Source: an uncultured Chloroflexia bacterium | GTDB lineage: Bacteria > Chloroflexota > Limnocylindria > Limnocylindrales > CSP1-4 | Reading direction: 5' to 3' | Length of the DNA: 64,000 nucleotides | Assembly (NCBI GenBank): GCA_963734535.1 | Contig: CAVTHS010000010.1 | Coordinates: forward strand, 288,001 to 352,000 | Part shown: one piece after another, positions 1 through 11,131 of the stretch | Position numbering within the stretch: position 1 is the first letter of the stretch | Layout: the number at the start of each line of letters is the position of its first letter | Translations under genes and position numbers: made by a program | The notes under the pieces: model-generated | Database searches by the model: none | What the model saw: the letters and a program-made list of their open reading frames with translations, nothing else | Told to the model about the DNA's origin: nothing

Positions 1-437
1 GTGCAGGAATGCGACCGGCCCCTCGGCACCCGGCCGGGGCGATGCATCGATCAGCTGCACGCCATCGGAAGCGAGCCTGCCGAGCGTCGCCGCGATGTCG
101 GCGACCTCGAAGCAGACGTGGTGAAAGCCCTCGCCGCGGGTCTCCAGGAAGCGCGCTACGCCGGTCGTCGCGTCCGTCGGCTCGACGAGCTCGATCTTGA
201 CTTCGCCCACGGGCAGGAACGCGATGTTGACGCGGTCGAGAGGGATCGGGACGACCGGGCCGGGGCGAGCCCCAGGGTGTCGCGATAGAAGCGAAGGGCG
301 GCCGTCACCTCCCGCACGACGACGGCAACGTGGTGGACGCGACCAACGTCGGCAATGCCGGACGGCAGGCCGGCGAACGGCTCCGGTATCGGGGCTCCGC
401 GGGGATTCCCGGCGCCCGTCTCGAACGGCGGAGTCAC
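1..437 (-). CDS. mce: methylmalonyl-CoA epimerase (VOC family); 3' end runs off the window; one apparent frameshift near 260
   Basis: GTG start overlaps the mutase stop (GTGA). Translates [25 protein letters not shown], then in a shifted frame [16 protein letters not shown]...[20 protein letters not shown]. Lies next to the mutase. Confidence 0.88.
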
Positions 438-2122
438 ACGGTCACCAGCTCGCGATGCTCGCCCCAGGCGGCGCGAAGTCGATCCGAGATCTCCCCGACC
501 GTGGCGTAGGCGCGGACCGCCTCGATCAGCGCGGGCATCAGGTTCTCGTCGCCGCGAGCGCACTCCGCCACCCGCCGAAGCGCGGCGTTCCACGCGGCGG
601 GATCCCGTTCGGCGCGGACGCGTCGCAGCTCCACCACCTGGCGACGTTCGCCGTCGGGGTCGATCCGCTGGAGCGGCGGCGTCCGGTGGCCCTCGTCCTG
701 GAAGCGATTGACGCCGACGACCACCTGGCCCCCGTCCTCGATCGCGCGCTGGACCTGGTAGGACGATTCCTGGATCTGGCGCTGCTGAAAGCCGCCTTCG
801 ATCGCCGCGAGCGTCCCGCCCAGCGCCTCGATCTCGTCGAGGAGCTCCCGTGCCGCCGCCTCCAGCTGATCGGTGAGAGTCTCCACGTAGTAGCTGCCCG
901 CCAGCGGGTCGGGCGTCTCCGTGACGCCTGCTTCGTACGCCAGGATCTGCTGCGTCCGCAGCGCCAGCCGGGCGGCCTCCTCGGTCGGCAGGGCAAGGGC
1001 CTCATCACGCGAGTTCGTGTGCAGGCTCTGGGCCCCGCCCATGACCGCGGCGAGCGCCTGGACCGTCGTCCGCACCACGTTGTTGTCGATCGACTGGGCC
1101 GTCAGCGAGCTCCCCGCCGTCTGGACGTGGAAGCGGCACATCATGGACCGCGGGTCGCGAGCGCCGAATCGATCGTGCATGAGACGTGCCCACATGCGCC
1201 GCGCTGCGCGGAACTTGGCTACCTCCTCGAAGAGCTCGCTCCACGCCGCGAAGAAGAAGCTGAGCCGGCCCGCGAACGCGTCGACGTCCAGACCGCGGGC
1301 GACCGCCGCGTCGACGTAGGCGATCGCGTCGGCCATCGTGAAGGCCAGCTCCTGGGCGGCCGTCGCCCCGGCTTCGCGCATGTGGTAGCCGGAGATGCTG
1401 ATCGTGTTCCAGCGGGGCAGCTCGCGGGCCGAGAACTCGAAGATGTCGGTCACGAGGCGCATCGAGGGGCGCGGCGGGAAGATGTAGGTGCCGCGAGCGA
1501 TGTACTCCTTGAGGATGTCGTTCTGGGTCGTGCCCGCGACCCGCGCCCGGGGAACGCCCTGGTTCTCGGCCGCCGCCACGTACAGCGCCAGGAGGATCCC
1601 GGCGGTCGCGTTGATCGTCATCGAGGTGCTGACGTCGCCGAGCGGGATCCCGGCGAAGAGCGATTCCATGTCGGCAAGCGAGCAGACCGGCACGCCGACG
1701 CGACCGACCTCCCCCTCCGCCTCGTGGGCGTCGCTGTCGTAGCCCATCTGCGTCGGCAGGTCGAACGCGACCGACAGGCCTGTCTGGCCCTGCGCCAGGA
1801 GGTAGCGGAAGCGCTCGTTCGTCTCGGCTGCGGTCGCGAATCCCGCGTACTGGCGCATGGTCCAGAAGCGACCCCGGTACATGGTCGGCTGGACGCCCCG
1901 CGTGAACGGGTACTCCCCGGGGCGCCCCAGGTCGCGCGCCTCGTCCAGGCCGGCGACGTCCGCCGGCGTGTAGAGATCGGCGATCTCGATCCCGGACGAT
2001 GTCGCGAACCGCTCACGGCGCTCCGGGGTCGTGGCGATCGCCTTTGCTCGCGCCGTGGCGCGCCAGGTATCACGACCGGGATCGGGCCGGGGCGGGGGTG
2101 TCGCGGCGGCGTCGGTGGCCAT
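434..2122 (-). CDS. methylmalonyl-CoA mutase, large (substrate-binding) subunit without fused B12-binding domain
   Basis: Motifs [63 protein letters not shown]. Tyr in RQY and Arg in EYIARG indicate MCM rather than ICM specificity. Confidence 0.95.
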   Translation of the reverse strand: MATDAAATPPPRPDPGRDTWRATARAKAIATTPERRERFATSSGIEIADLYTPADVAGLDEARDLGRPGEYPFTRGVQPTMYRGRFWTMRQYAGFATAAETNERFRYLLAQGQTGLSVAFDLPTQMGYDSDAHEAEGEVGRVGVPVCSLADMESLFAGIPLGDVSTSMTINATAGILLALYVAAAENQGVPRARVAGTTQNDILKEYIARGTYIFPPRPSMRLVTDIFEFSARELPRWNTISISGYHMREAGATAAQELAFTMADAIAYVDAAVARGLDVDAFAGRLSFFFAAWSELFEEVAKFRAARRMWARLMHDRFGARDPRSMMCRFHVQTAGSSLTAQSIDNNVVRTTVQALAAVMGGAQSLHTNSRDEALALPTEEAARLALRTQQILAYEAGVTETPDPLAGSYYVETLTDQLEAAARELLDEIEALGGTLAAIEGGFQQRQIQESSYQVQRAIEDGGQVVVGVNRFQDEGHRTPPLQRIDPDGERRQVVELRRVRAERDPAAWNAALRRVAECARGDENLMPALIEAVRAYATVGEISDRLRAAWGEHRELVTV

Positions 2123-2133
2123 GGATGCTCCGC

Positions 2134-2838
2134 TCAGTGGATGACGACGAGAAGGTCGCCGACCTCGATCGTATCGCCAACGGCAACCCCGACGCGCTCG
2201 ACGGTGCCCTCTCGCGGTGCGCGGAGCTCGTTCTGCATCTTCATCGCCTCCACCACGAGGATCTGCTGGCCGGCCTCCACGCTGTCGCCCACGACCACTG
2301 ACACGGCCACCACCTGACCCGGGATGATCGCGCGAACCTCGACGGGGCCGCCGTGTGAGGCGACGCCGGCGCCGCGTCGCGCCCGCGCCCGGAGCACGGC
2401 CCGGCGCTCGAACTCAACCTCGACCTCGATCCGCCAGCCATCCACGACCACCTCGCGAAGCCGCGTGCCGTGGCCGGCGTCGACGCGGACCGGGCCGAGC
2501 TGGAGGTCGGTCCGGACGTCAGGGCCGGCAGGGTGGGATGCGGCGGATTCGACGAGCCGGGCCCGGACCTCGTCGAACCGCTCGAGGCGGACCGGGGCTG
2601 CGACGCCATCGACGACCGGGAGCGCTGGACCCCGGTCGCCGTCCTGCGGCAGGAGCGTGGACGCATCGGGAGGCGGCGCCAGGGTGATCGCAGGGTCGCC
2701 TTCGAGCCGGGCGGACGCCGCGACTCCGACGCGGACGGCTCGCGCGTCGATGTCGCCGTCCGGCACCTGGGGACCGCCCACATCTGGCGTCGGGCCGGCG
2801 ATCGTGGTCGGGGCCACATGGCGACGATCGTGGCTCAT
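2134..2838 (-). CDS. biotin carboxyl carrier protein subunit of acyl-CoA carboxylase
   Basis: C-terminal biotinyl domain with EAMKM biotinylation motif; lies in the carboxylase operon. Confidence 0.88.
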   Translation of the reverse strand: MSHDRRHVAPTTIAGPTPDVGGPQVPDGDIDARAVRVGVAASARLEGDPAITLAPPPDASTLLPQDGDRGPALPVVDGVAAPVRLERFDEVRARLVESAASHPAGPDVRTDLQLGPVRVDAGHGTRLREVVVDGWRIEVEVEFERRAVLRARARRGAGVASHGGPVEVRAIIPGQVVAVSVVVGDSVEAGQQILVVEAMKMQNELRAPREGTVERVGVAVGDTIEVGDLLVVIH

Positions 2839-2869
2839 GGCAACCTGCGGGCGATGCGGCGATCGTGGC

Positions 2870-4513
2870 TCATCGCGGCCACCGGTCCACAGCTTGCGCT
2901 CGGCCGGCGGAACGCCAGCGCGGGTCACCGTCGACGGCGACCGCGCCATCCGAACCCTGCCGCGCCGTGCCCGGCCCCACGAGCGAGCCTGCGGCCGGCG
3001 CGACGGGTGCGCCCGAACCGTCGAGTGGGCCTGAGCCGCCCGACCCCGCGCCGCCAAGCTCCGCGAGGCCCGCGGCGAGCAGCGCAACCCGGACGGCCCG
3101 TGCCCGCGAGGCCGGGCCGTCCCAGTGTGCTTCGACCCACGTCGTGGCGAGCGCCGACGTGTCGATGAAGCCGGGCTCCGCGAGCATCGCCCGGTGAAAT
3201 GGGAGCGACGACTGGATGCCCCCGATCTCGGCCTCGTCGAGCGCGCGACGGAGCCGAGCCAGGGCCGTGGCGCGATCGGCAGCATGCACGATCAGCTTGC
3301 AGATCAGCGGGTCGTACTCCGGGGGAATCCGTTCGCCTGCCTCGACGGCCGTGTCGACCCGAATCCCCGGGCCAGCCGGCATCACCCACCGCGTGATCCG
3401 TCCCGGTGCCGGCGCAAAGACGCGCGCTGGATCCTCCGCCGATATCCGGACCTCGATCGCATGGCTCGTCGGACGCGCCGCTCGGTCGGCAGCCGCGAGA
3501 ACGCGCGGCGAGAGCGGTGCCCCGGCGGCCAGCCGGAACTGCTCGGCCACGAGGTCGAGCCCCGACACCAGCTCGGTCACCGGGTGCTCCACCTGGAGCC
3601 GCGTGTTCACCTCGAGGAACCAGAACGACCCGTCGCGGTCGCACAGGAACTCCACCGTCGCCGCGTTCTGGAGCCCGGCCGCGGCGCCGAGCCGCACCGC
3701 CATCGCGTGGAGCCGGCGCCGATCCGTTTCCACCAGCCCGGGCGCGGGCGCCTCCTCGATCAGCTTCTGGTGCCGTCGCTGGGTCGAGCAGTCTCGCTCG
3801 CCCAGCGCGATGACCTGGCCCGTCGCGTCGCCGAGGAGCTGGACCTCGATGTGTCGCGCCGGCATGATCTCGCGCTCCAGGTAGACGGCTCCGTCGCCGA
3901 ACGACGCGGCTGCCTCGCGCGAGCCGGCGATCAGCGCGGCGGGCAGCTCATCCGGCGAGACGACGCGACGGATTCCCCGTCCACCGCCACCAGCCGCGGC
4001 CTTGACGAGGAGGGGGAATCCGACGCCAACCGCGGCCGCGATGACCGCCTCCAGCTGGTCTGGCCTGTCGACCGCAACTGCCTCGAGCGTTCCAGGCACG
4101 TGTGGGACGTCGGCCAGGCGCGCGATCCGCCGCGCCGCGAGCTTGTCGCCGAGCGCGGCGATCACGGAAGGCGGCGGCCCGACGAAGACGAGCCCGGCCT
4201 GCTCCACGGCCACTGCGAAGGCGGCGCGCTCGGACAGGAAGCCATAGCCGGGATGGACGGCCTCGGCCCCGGACGCGACCGCGGCGGCGACGATGGCATC
4301 GATGCGCAGGTAGCTCTCGGCGGGCGACGCGGGCCCAAGCCGGATCGCGAGGTCCGCCGCGCGCACGTGCGCGGCCGACGCGTCCGCATCGGAGTAGACG
4401 GCGACTGCCTCCATCCCCATCTCGTGAGCCGCCCGAACGATCCGGAGCGCGATCTCGCCCCGGTTCGCGACAAGAATCCGCCGAAAGGGCGGGGCTGCAG
4501 CAGCGTCCTTCAC
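2870..4513 (-). CDS. accC: biotin carboxylase subunit of propionyl/acetyl-CoA carboxylase
   Basis: RILVANRGEIALR, HPGYGFLSE, KAAAGGGGRGIR, ERDCSTQRRHQKLIEEAP, FLEVNTRLQVEHPVTE. GTG start at 4513 is inferred. Confidence 0.93.
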   Translation of the reverse strand: MKDAAAAPPFRRILVANRGEIALRIVRAAHEMGMEAVAVYSDADASAAHVRAADLAIRLGPASPAESYLRIDAIVAAAVASGAEAVHPGYGFLSERAAFAVAVEQAGLVFVGPPPSVIAALGDKLAARRIARLADVPHVPGTLEAVAVDRPDQLEAVIAAAVGVGFPLLVKAAAGGGGRGIRRVVSPDELPAALIAGSREAAASFGDGAVYLEREIMPARHIEVQLLGDATGQVIALGERDCSTQRRHQKLIEEAPAPGLVETDRRRLHAMAVRLGAAAGLQNAATVEFLCDRDGSFWFLEVNTRLQVEHPVTELVSGLDLVAEQFRLAAGAPLSPRVLAAADRAARPTSHAIEVRISAEDPARVFAPAPGRITRWVMPAGPGIRVDTAVEAGERIPPEYDPLICKLIVHAADRATALARLRRALDEAEIGGIQSSLPFHRAMLAEPGFIDTSALATTWVEAHWDGPASRARAVRVALLAAGLAELGGAGSGGSGPLDGSGAPVAPAAGSLVGPGTARQGSDGAVAVDGDPRWRSAGRAQAVDRWPR

Positions 4514-4751
4514 GGACGCCGCTGCTTCGGGCCGTGTCGCCCCCGACCCCGTTCCCCGGGAAGACCGGTGCGCGAGGGGCCGGAGTGACCGGCACGCGAT
4601 GGGCCGGATCGTCTTTGCACAAAGACAGGCTGTTGCCCGCGAACGGGCCAGTTGGAGGCCGGCCGGCTCCCGGGGACGCGTTGACACCGCCGGACGCGCC
4701 GTCGCTCCCGAATGCGCGGGCGCCCCGCCGGGCCCATCCCTCCCCCGCCGC

Positions 4752-6305
<1,554 letters not shown>

Positions 6306-6398
6306 ATCGACCTCCTGGCGGCGCTCCGGTCTCGGGCCGTCAGCGCTGGGGCGCCATCATACGCAGCGGATCGCAATCCGGAGACTGGCGCACTGGTG

Positions 6399-6440
6399 TT
6401 ATCCACACAATCGTGAACATCTCCCCCGAAGTGTGGACAA
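6399..6440. promoter_or_regulatory. two inverted DnaA boxes in the pccB/parA divergent intergenic region
   Basis: TTATCCACA at 6399-6407 (perfect consensus) and TGTGGACAA (reverse complement TTGTCCACA) at 6432-6440. Confidence 0.7.
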
Positions 6441-6536
6441 CGCCCGTTCGCGGACTGGCGGTGGTGGGGTAGCATCTAGAACCCGCGGCGAGCCAGGAGG
6501 CCCGCCCCCTCGATGACACGCAGAGGTGATTCCCTG

Positions 6537-7310
6537 GTGGCACAGGTCATCGCGATCGCGAACCAGAAGGGCGGCGTCGGCAAGACGACAACCGCGATCA
6601 ACCTCGCGGGAGCCCTCGCAGAGCTTGGCCATCGCGTCCTTGCCGTCGACATGGACCCACAGGCGAACCTGACCGTCGGCCTCGGGATCAACCTTGGCCT
6701 GGTCGAGCGCTCGATCGCCCACATCCTCGACGACGGCGCTGCGGATCTTGGGAGCATCATCCTCGAAAGCCAGACGGAGCGAATCGACGTCGTTCCCTCG
6801 ACGCTCGAGCTCGCGTCGACCGAGGTCGAGCTCTTCTCTGCGATCGGGCGCGAGTACGCGCTTCGCGAAGCGCTGGACGACGGGGTCCGCTCGATCTACG
6901 ACTACATCCTGATCGACTGCCCGCCGACCCTGGGCCTGCTCACGATCAACGGCCTCGTCGCAGCGAACAGCGTGATCATCCCGGTGCAGACGCAGTACTA
7001 CGCGTTGAAGGGCCTGAATGCCCTGGTCAAAGTCATCACCACGATCCGGACCAAGCTGAACCGGGACCTCCGAATCCTCGGCCTGCTCCCGACTTTCTAC
7101 GACGGACGCACGATCCTGGGGCGCGAGATGCTCGACGAGCTGCGCGAGCTCGGCGAGCATCACGTCTTCAACGCGATCATCCGGAACACCGTGAAGCTGG
7201 GCGAGGCCCCCTTGACCGGTCGACCGATCACCGCCTACGCGGGCAGCTCCGAGGCAGCGCGGGCATTCCGAGAGCTCGCGAAGGAGGTCATCGAACTTGG
7301 CCAAGCCTGA
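6537..7310 (+). CDS. parA: ParA/Soj chromosome partitioning ATPase
   Basis: ANQKGGVGKTT deviant Walker A, VDMDPQANLT, ILIDCPP; GAGGTG RBS before GTG 6537. Confidence 0.95.
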   Translation: MAQVIAIANQKGGVGKTTTAINLAGALAELGHRVLAVDMDPQANLTVGLGINLGLVERSIAHILDDGAADLGSIILESQTERIDVVPSTLELASTEVELFSAIGREYALREALDDGVRSIYDYILIDCPPTLGLLTINGLVAANSVIIPVQTQYYALKGLNALVKVITTIRTKLNRDLRILGLLPTFYDGRTILGREMLDELRELGEHHVFNAIIRNTVKLGEAPLTGRPITAYAGSSEAARAFRELAKEVIELGQA

Positions 7311-8286
7311 CTTCCGCGCGTTCGCGGCGCGTCGCCTCTCCGAGGAACGCGAGCTTTCGCCATCCATCGTCAGTCTTCTCTCCGCCGAGGGCGGGAGGAC
7401 GAGCGGCGTCCGCAATGTGCCGCTCGACCGGATCGAGGCCAACCCCGAGAACCCGCGCCTGGTATTCGAGGAATCCGCGCTCGAAGAGCTGGCCGCATCG
7501 ATTCGCGAGCACGGCGTCCTCCAGCCGGTCCTGGTCCGGCCGCGCGGTCCGAACCTGTTCCAGCTCGTTGCCGGCGAGCGGCGCTGGCGTGCCGCCAGGA
7601 TCGCCGGGCTCGTTGCGATCCCCGCGCTCGTCGAGGACCTCGACGATGACGTCGCCCTCGAGATCGCGATCATCGAGAACCTGCAGCGCGAGGACCTCTC
7701 GCCGCTCGAGGAAGCCTCGATGTACGACCGGATGATCAAGGACCACGGCTACAGCGTCCGGAAGCTTGCTCAGAAGCTCGGCAAGGACAAGGGCTACCTG
7801 GAGAACCGGCTTCGACTGGCCGACGCCCCGCAGGAGGTCCGCGACCTGGTGTCTCTGCGCAAAGACACCCTCTCGCACGCCTACGAGCTGATGAAGATCG
7901 ACGACCCGAAGAAGCGCAAGCGACTGGCCGGCCAGGTCGCCCGGGGCGAGCTGTCGCTGGTCAAGTTGCGCGAGAAGATCGAGGGACGGCCGGCTCGGGC
8001 TGCGATGGTTGACGATGGACCCGACGACGCCGGCCCCGAAGGCGCAAGCATCCCCGAGGCGGCGGCACCGGCCGCCCCCACCGGCGATGACGCACTCGTC
8101 GTCGCGAAGAACCAGTTCCATGACGCCCTGGCCGGGCTCATCGCGGTCCTCCGCAGCCAGGAGTTCACGTCGTCGGTCTCGCCGAACGATCGGCAGAACC
8201 TGGCCAAGTACCTCACGATCTCGAAGCTCACCCTCGAGAACGTGATCACCGTGGTCCGCGGCCCGGGCACGCGCGACCGCGAATGA
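7297..8286 (+). CDS. parB: ParB/Spo0J partition protein
   Basis: LAASIREHGVLQPVLVR, LVAGERRWRAA, IENLQREDLSPLEEA followed by an HTH; overlaps the parA stop. Confidence 0.95.
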   Translation: MAKPDFRAFAARRLSEERELSPSIVSLLSAEGGRTSGVRNVPLDRIEANPENPRLVFEESALEELAASIREHGVLQPVLVRPRGPNLFQLVAGERRWRAARIAGLVAIPALVEDLDDDVALEIAIIENLQREDLSPLEEASMYDRMIKDHGYSVRKLAQKLGKDKGYLENRLRLADAPQEVRDLVSLRKDTLSHAYELMKIDDPKKRKRLAGQVARGELSLVKLREKIEGRPARAAMVDDGPDDAGPEGASIPEAAAPAAPTGDDALVVAKNQFHDALAGLIAVLRSQEFTSSVSPNDRQNLAKYLTISKLTLENVITVVRGPGTRDRE

Positions 8287-8333
8287 CGTCCTGAGGCGAG
8301 GGGCGTGGGTCCCTCCCCGACCTGCGGCGCGAA

Positions 8334-8359
8334 GAAGCCGGCGCTCGTGCGCCGGCTTC
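8334..8359. terminator. hairpin between convergent genes, likely terminator
   Basis: GAAGCCGGCGC-TCGT-GCGCCGGCTTC, an 11-bp perfect stem with only a weak U tract. Confidence 0.55.
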
Positions 8360-8405
8360 GTGCATTCGTCGACGGTCGGGCGACTGACCGCCGGCGATTG
8401 TTGCG

Positions 8406-8951
8406 TCAGCGAGTCGTGGGGGTCGGCGTCCGGGTCGGCGTGGGCGTTGGCGCGTGCACGGTGACCGGCTTCGTCGCCGCCGGCTTGCCGTGGCCGTGGT
8501 TCAGCTTGGCAATCGAGCTGACGTACGCGCCGTGATTGGCAAACCCGGCCGGAGTCGTGGCGTGGGCGGCCTCGGAGACCATCTTGCCGTGATTGTCAGG
8601 GTGCGGGGCGCCTGTTCCCGTCGTCGCGTCCACGTCGGGCGACTCGGCGGTCCTGGGCGACTGGGCGGTCCTGGGCGACTCGGTCGCCTTGGATGACTTC
8701 GTTGCCTCGGGCGTCTCGTTGGCCTCGGGCGTCTCGTTGGCCTCGGGCGTCTCGTTGGCCTCGGGCGTCTTCGTGCCGCTGGTCGCGTCCGGGCGCCCTG
8801 CGCGGACCGGGACGGTCTTGCCCGACGCAGCCCTTGCCGTGGCCAGCCCGTCCGCGGCTGCCTGGGGTGGCGCGCTCGCGGCGGCGAATACCGCGGTGGC
8901 GGACAGGGCGACAGCGGCAACAGCGGCAAGGATGCTCTTGGTTCGATGCAT
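8406..8951 (-). CDS. secreted low-complexity hypothetical protein
   Basis: Signal peptide MHRTKSILAAVAAVALSATAVFA; ETPEAN and SPRTA repeats; NHG motifs; PT-rich tail. Confidence 0.75.
   Translation of the reverse strand: MHRTKSILAAVAAVALSATAVFAAASAPPQAAADGLATARAASGKTVPVRAGRPDATSGTKTPEANETPEANETPEANETPEATKSSKATESPRTAQSPRTAESPDVDATTGTGAPHPDNHGKMVSEAAHATTPAGFANHGAYVSSIAKLNHGHGKPAATKPVTVHAPTPTPTRTPTPTTR
8637..8770. repeat. two in-frame 18-bp tandem repeat tracts
   Basis: GCCTCGGGCGTCTCGTTG about 3.7 copies (8704-8770) and GGCGACTSGGCGGTCCTG about 2.5 copies (8637-8684). Confidence 0.9.
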
Positions 8952-9078
8952 AGGTCCATGATCTCCGGTGTGGTGCGACCGTTTGCCGCGCATCTACGGA
9001 AACGATCCGGCGCAGGCTTCCGTTAGGGGCCTGGCCCGGACTTCCGGCGATCCGGGCGCCGGGACGTTCGTCCCACGG

Positions 9079-9915
9079 TCAGAGAAGGCCCACGGCAGCG
9101 AGCGACGCCACCCAGCCCGCCGCGAGGATCGCGAGCCCGATCGCCTGGACCTCCCACGCTCGCTGGAGCCGGCCGGCGAGCCCCAGGGCGAGGCCGGCCA
9201 CCAGCGTCGCCGCGCCAAGAGCGGTCACCCAGGTGCCGGGGATCCACCCGGCGAGCGCGATCGCGGACGTGGTCGCGACGGCCCCGACGGCGAGGCCAAG
9301 CAGCGCGCCGAGCCGGATCGCCCGGTCACGGCCGAGGGATGTCGCCACGGTGCGCGTGCGGCTCGCGGCGTCCCGCTCCGCGTCGGCCAGCGAGTTCGCG
9401 ATCGCCAGCGACGTGCCGCCGAGCACGCCGAGCCCGGCGAGCACCAGGATGGGTTCGGGCAGGTCCCCCGTCGCGCCAACCCAGGCGAAGACCGGGAGAA
9501 GGGGGATTCCCGCGGCATACGGCAGCCACGACCAGGGCGATGCCTTGAGGCGCAGGTCGTACGCGAGCCCGATGCCGTAGCCGGCGCAGGCCACGAGCGC
9601 GGTCGCCGGTCCGGCGAACCCGGCGAGGACCAGCCCCGCCAGCCCGCAGACGACCCCGACTCCGAGCGCGATTCGCGCGGTGACCCGGCCGTCGACGAGG
9701 GGCTTGGATCGGCCGGCGATCGCGTCCGCCGGCGCGTCGAGAAGGTCGTTGAACGTGCCGATCGAGAGCTGGATCAGCAGCATTGACGCCCCGAGGAGCA
9801 CGGCCCGGCCGACCAGGGCACCGGCGAGCAGGGCCAGGGCCAGCGTGACCGCGGCGTCCAGCGCCGACGGGAACGGATGAACCAGCCGCGCGAGGCCGGT
9901 CAGGACGCGGTTCAC
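9079..9915 (-). CDS. UbiA family prenyltransferase
   Basis: Multi-TM protein with Asp-rich motifs NDLLDAPAD...SKPL and NSLADAERD. Confidence 0.85.
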   Translation of the reverse strand: MNRVLTGLARLVHPFPSALDAAVTLALALLAGALVGRAVLLGASMLLIQLSIGTFNDLLDAPADAIAGRSKPLVDGRVTARIALGVGVVCGLAGLVLAGFAGPATALVACAGYGIGLAYDLRLKASPWSWLPYAAGIPLLPVFAWVGATGDLPEPILVLAGLGVLGGTSLAIANSLADAERDAASRTRTVATSLGRDRAIRLGALLGLAVGAVATTSAIALAGWIPGTWVTALGAATLVAGLALGLAGRLQRAWEVQAIGLAILAAGWVASLAAVGLL

Positions 9916-9921
9916 GCCTGC

Positions 9922-10287
9922 CTAGAGGTAGACGAGCTCCTCGAAGTTCTCGACGAGGTACTGGATGAGCTTCTCCCGGGGCTCGGGGAGCGCCGCACGC
10001 GTGCCTGCCACGAGGCAGTGGAGCGTGATCGCCGGGACCAGGAGCCGTCCCTGGCCGTCACGCCCGACCACGGCCGGCGGGCCGCCGCCGGCGGCGAAGA
10101 CCTTCGCGATCGCCGTGTCATCGGTGCCGGTCGCGGCGCGGTAGTCGTGGAGCACGGAAAGGACGCCTCGACGGATCGAGATGTCCCGCATCGCCTCGGC
10201 CGCCCACGCGTCGATCTGCGGATCCGGCTGCTCGGACAGCCGGGCGCGGTACTCGTCCCGGTTTGCCGCGAGTCCCGTCGCTCCCAC
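9922..10287 (-). CDS. hypothetical protein (121 aa)
   Basis: GGAGG RBS, GC-skewed third codon positions, globular composition; ends a few bases before ubiA. Confidence 0.7.
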   Translation of the reverse strand: MGATGLAANRDEYRARLSEQPDPQIDAWAAEAMRDISIRRGVLSVLHDYRAATGTDDTAIAKVFAAGGGPPAVVGRDGQGRLLVPAITLHCLVAGTRAALPEPREKLIQYLVENFEELVYL

Positions 10288-10383
10288 GTCTGGCCTGCCT
10301 CCTGTCGCCGTGCGCTGGTCGGGCCGAGTATCGCAGACGGGGCCGTTGTCTCGCTCACGGGCAACCTGAACAGAACGCCTGGT

Positions 10384-11131
10384 CTATTTCTCCGCCTCGC
10401 CCGCGACCCCGGGCGGCGGCGGTCGGCGATCCTCGGGCCAGTCGTTGAAGAGCTCGGTCATCCAGCGGCCCAGGCGCCCGGGCGGCTCCTCGTCCCGCCC
10501 GTCGGCGACGAGGTCGAGCATCGCGGTCCGGATCTGCCCCGTCAGGGTGTCGACCGCCTCGCGCGTCGGCCGGCCGGCCGGGAGGATCGGCTCCCCCACC
10601 CGGACCCGGATCGTCTTGCCCAGGCGCAGCCAGCCCGTTCCCGTCAGGCCGACCGGGATGACGGTGACGCCCGACCGGAGCGCGAAGAACGCCACGCCCT
10701 CGTTGACCGGCAGGAGCGCCCGCTCGCCTGCGTGAATGCGGCCCTCGGGCGCGATCGCAAGGTGCGCTCCGCTCGCGAGGACCGCCTCCACGCGGCGGGT
10801 CGCCTCGAGCAGGTTCGTGCGCTCGGGATTGAACGGGATGCCACGACCGGACCAGGTGATCAGCCGGTTGCGGAAGCCGGCGGACATGTCGGCCTCCCTC
10901 GGGCCGAAGAACCAGAGGTCCGGGCGTGCCGGCAACGCCGACACCACGCACGAACGGGTCCGCCCAGCTCTGGTGATTGAAGCAGAGGATCGCCGGGCCG
11001 GGCGGCAGCGGCGGGCCCTCGACGCGGATACGGAGGTAGGCACGAACCAGCACGCGGATGCCGATCGTCGTGAACCAGTACGGCACCCGACCGGGCCGGC
11101 GGACCGGGACCGGCGCGGCGCCCCTGGTCAT
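10384..11131 (-). CDS. plsC: lysophospholipid/1-acyl-glycerol-3-phosphate acyltransferase (frameshift near 10945)
   Basis: NHQSWAD (HX4D) motif in one frame; APEGR and VIPVGLTG in the shifted frame. Confidence 0.85.
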
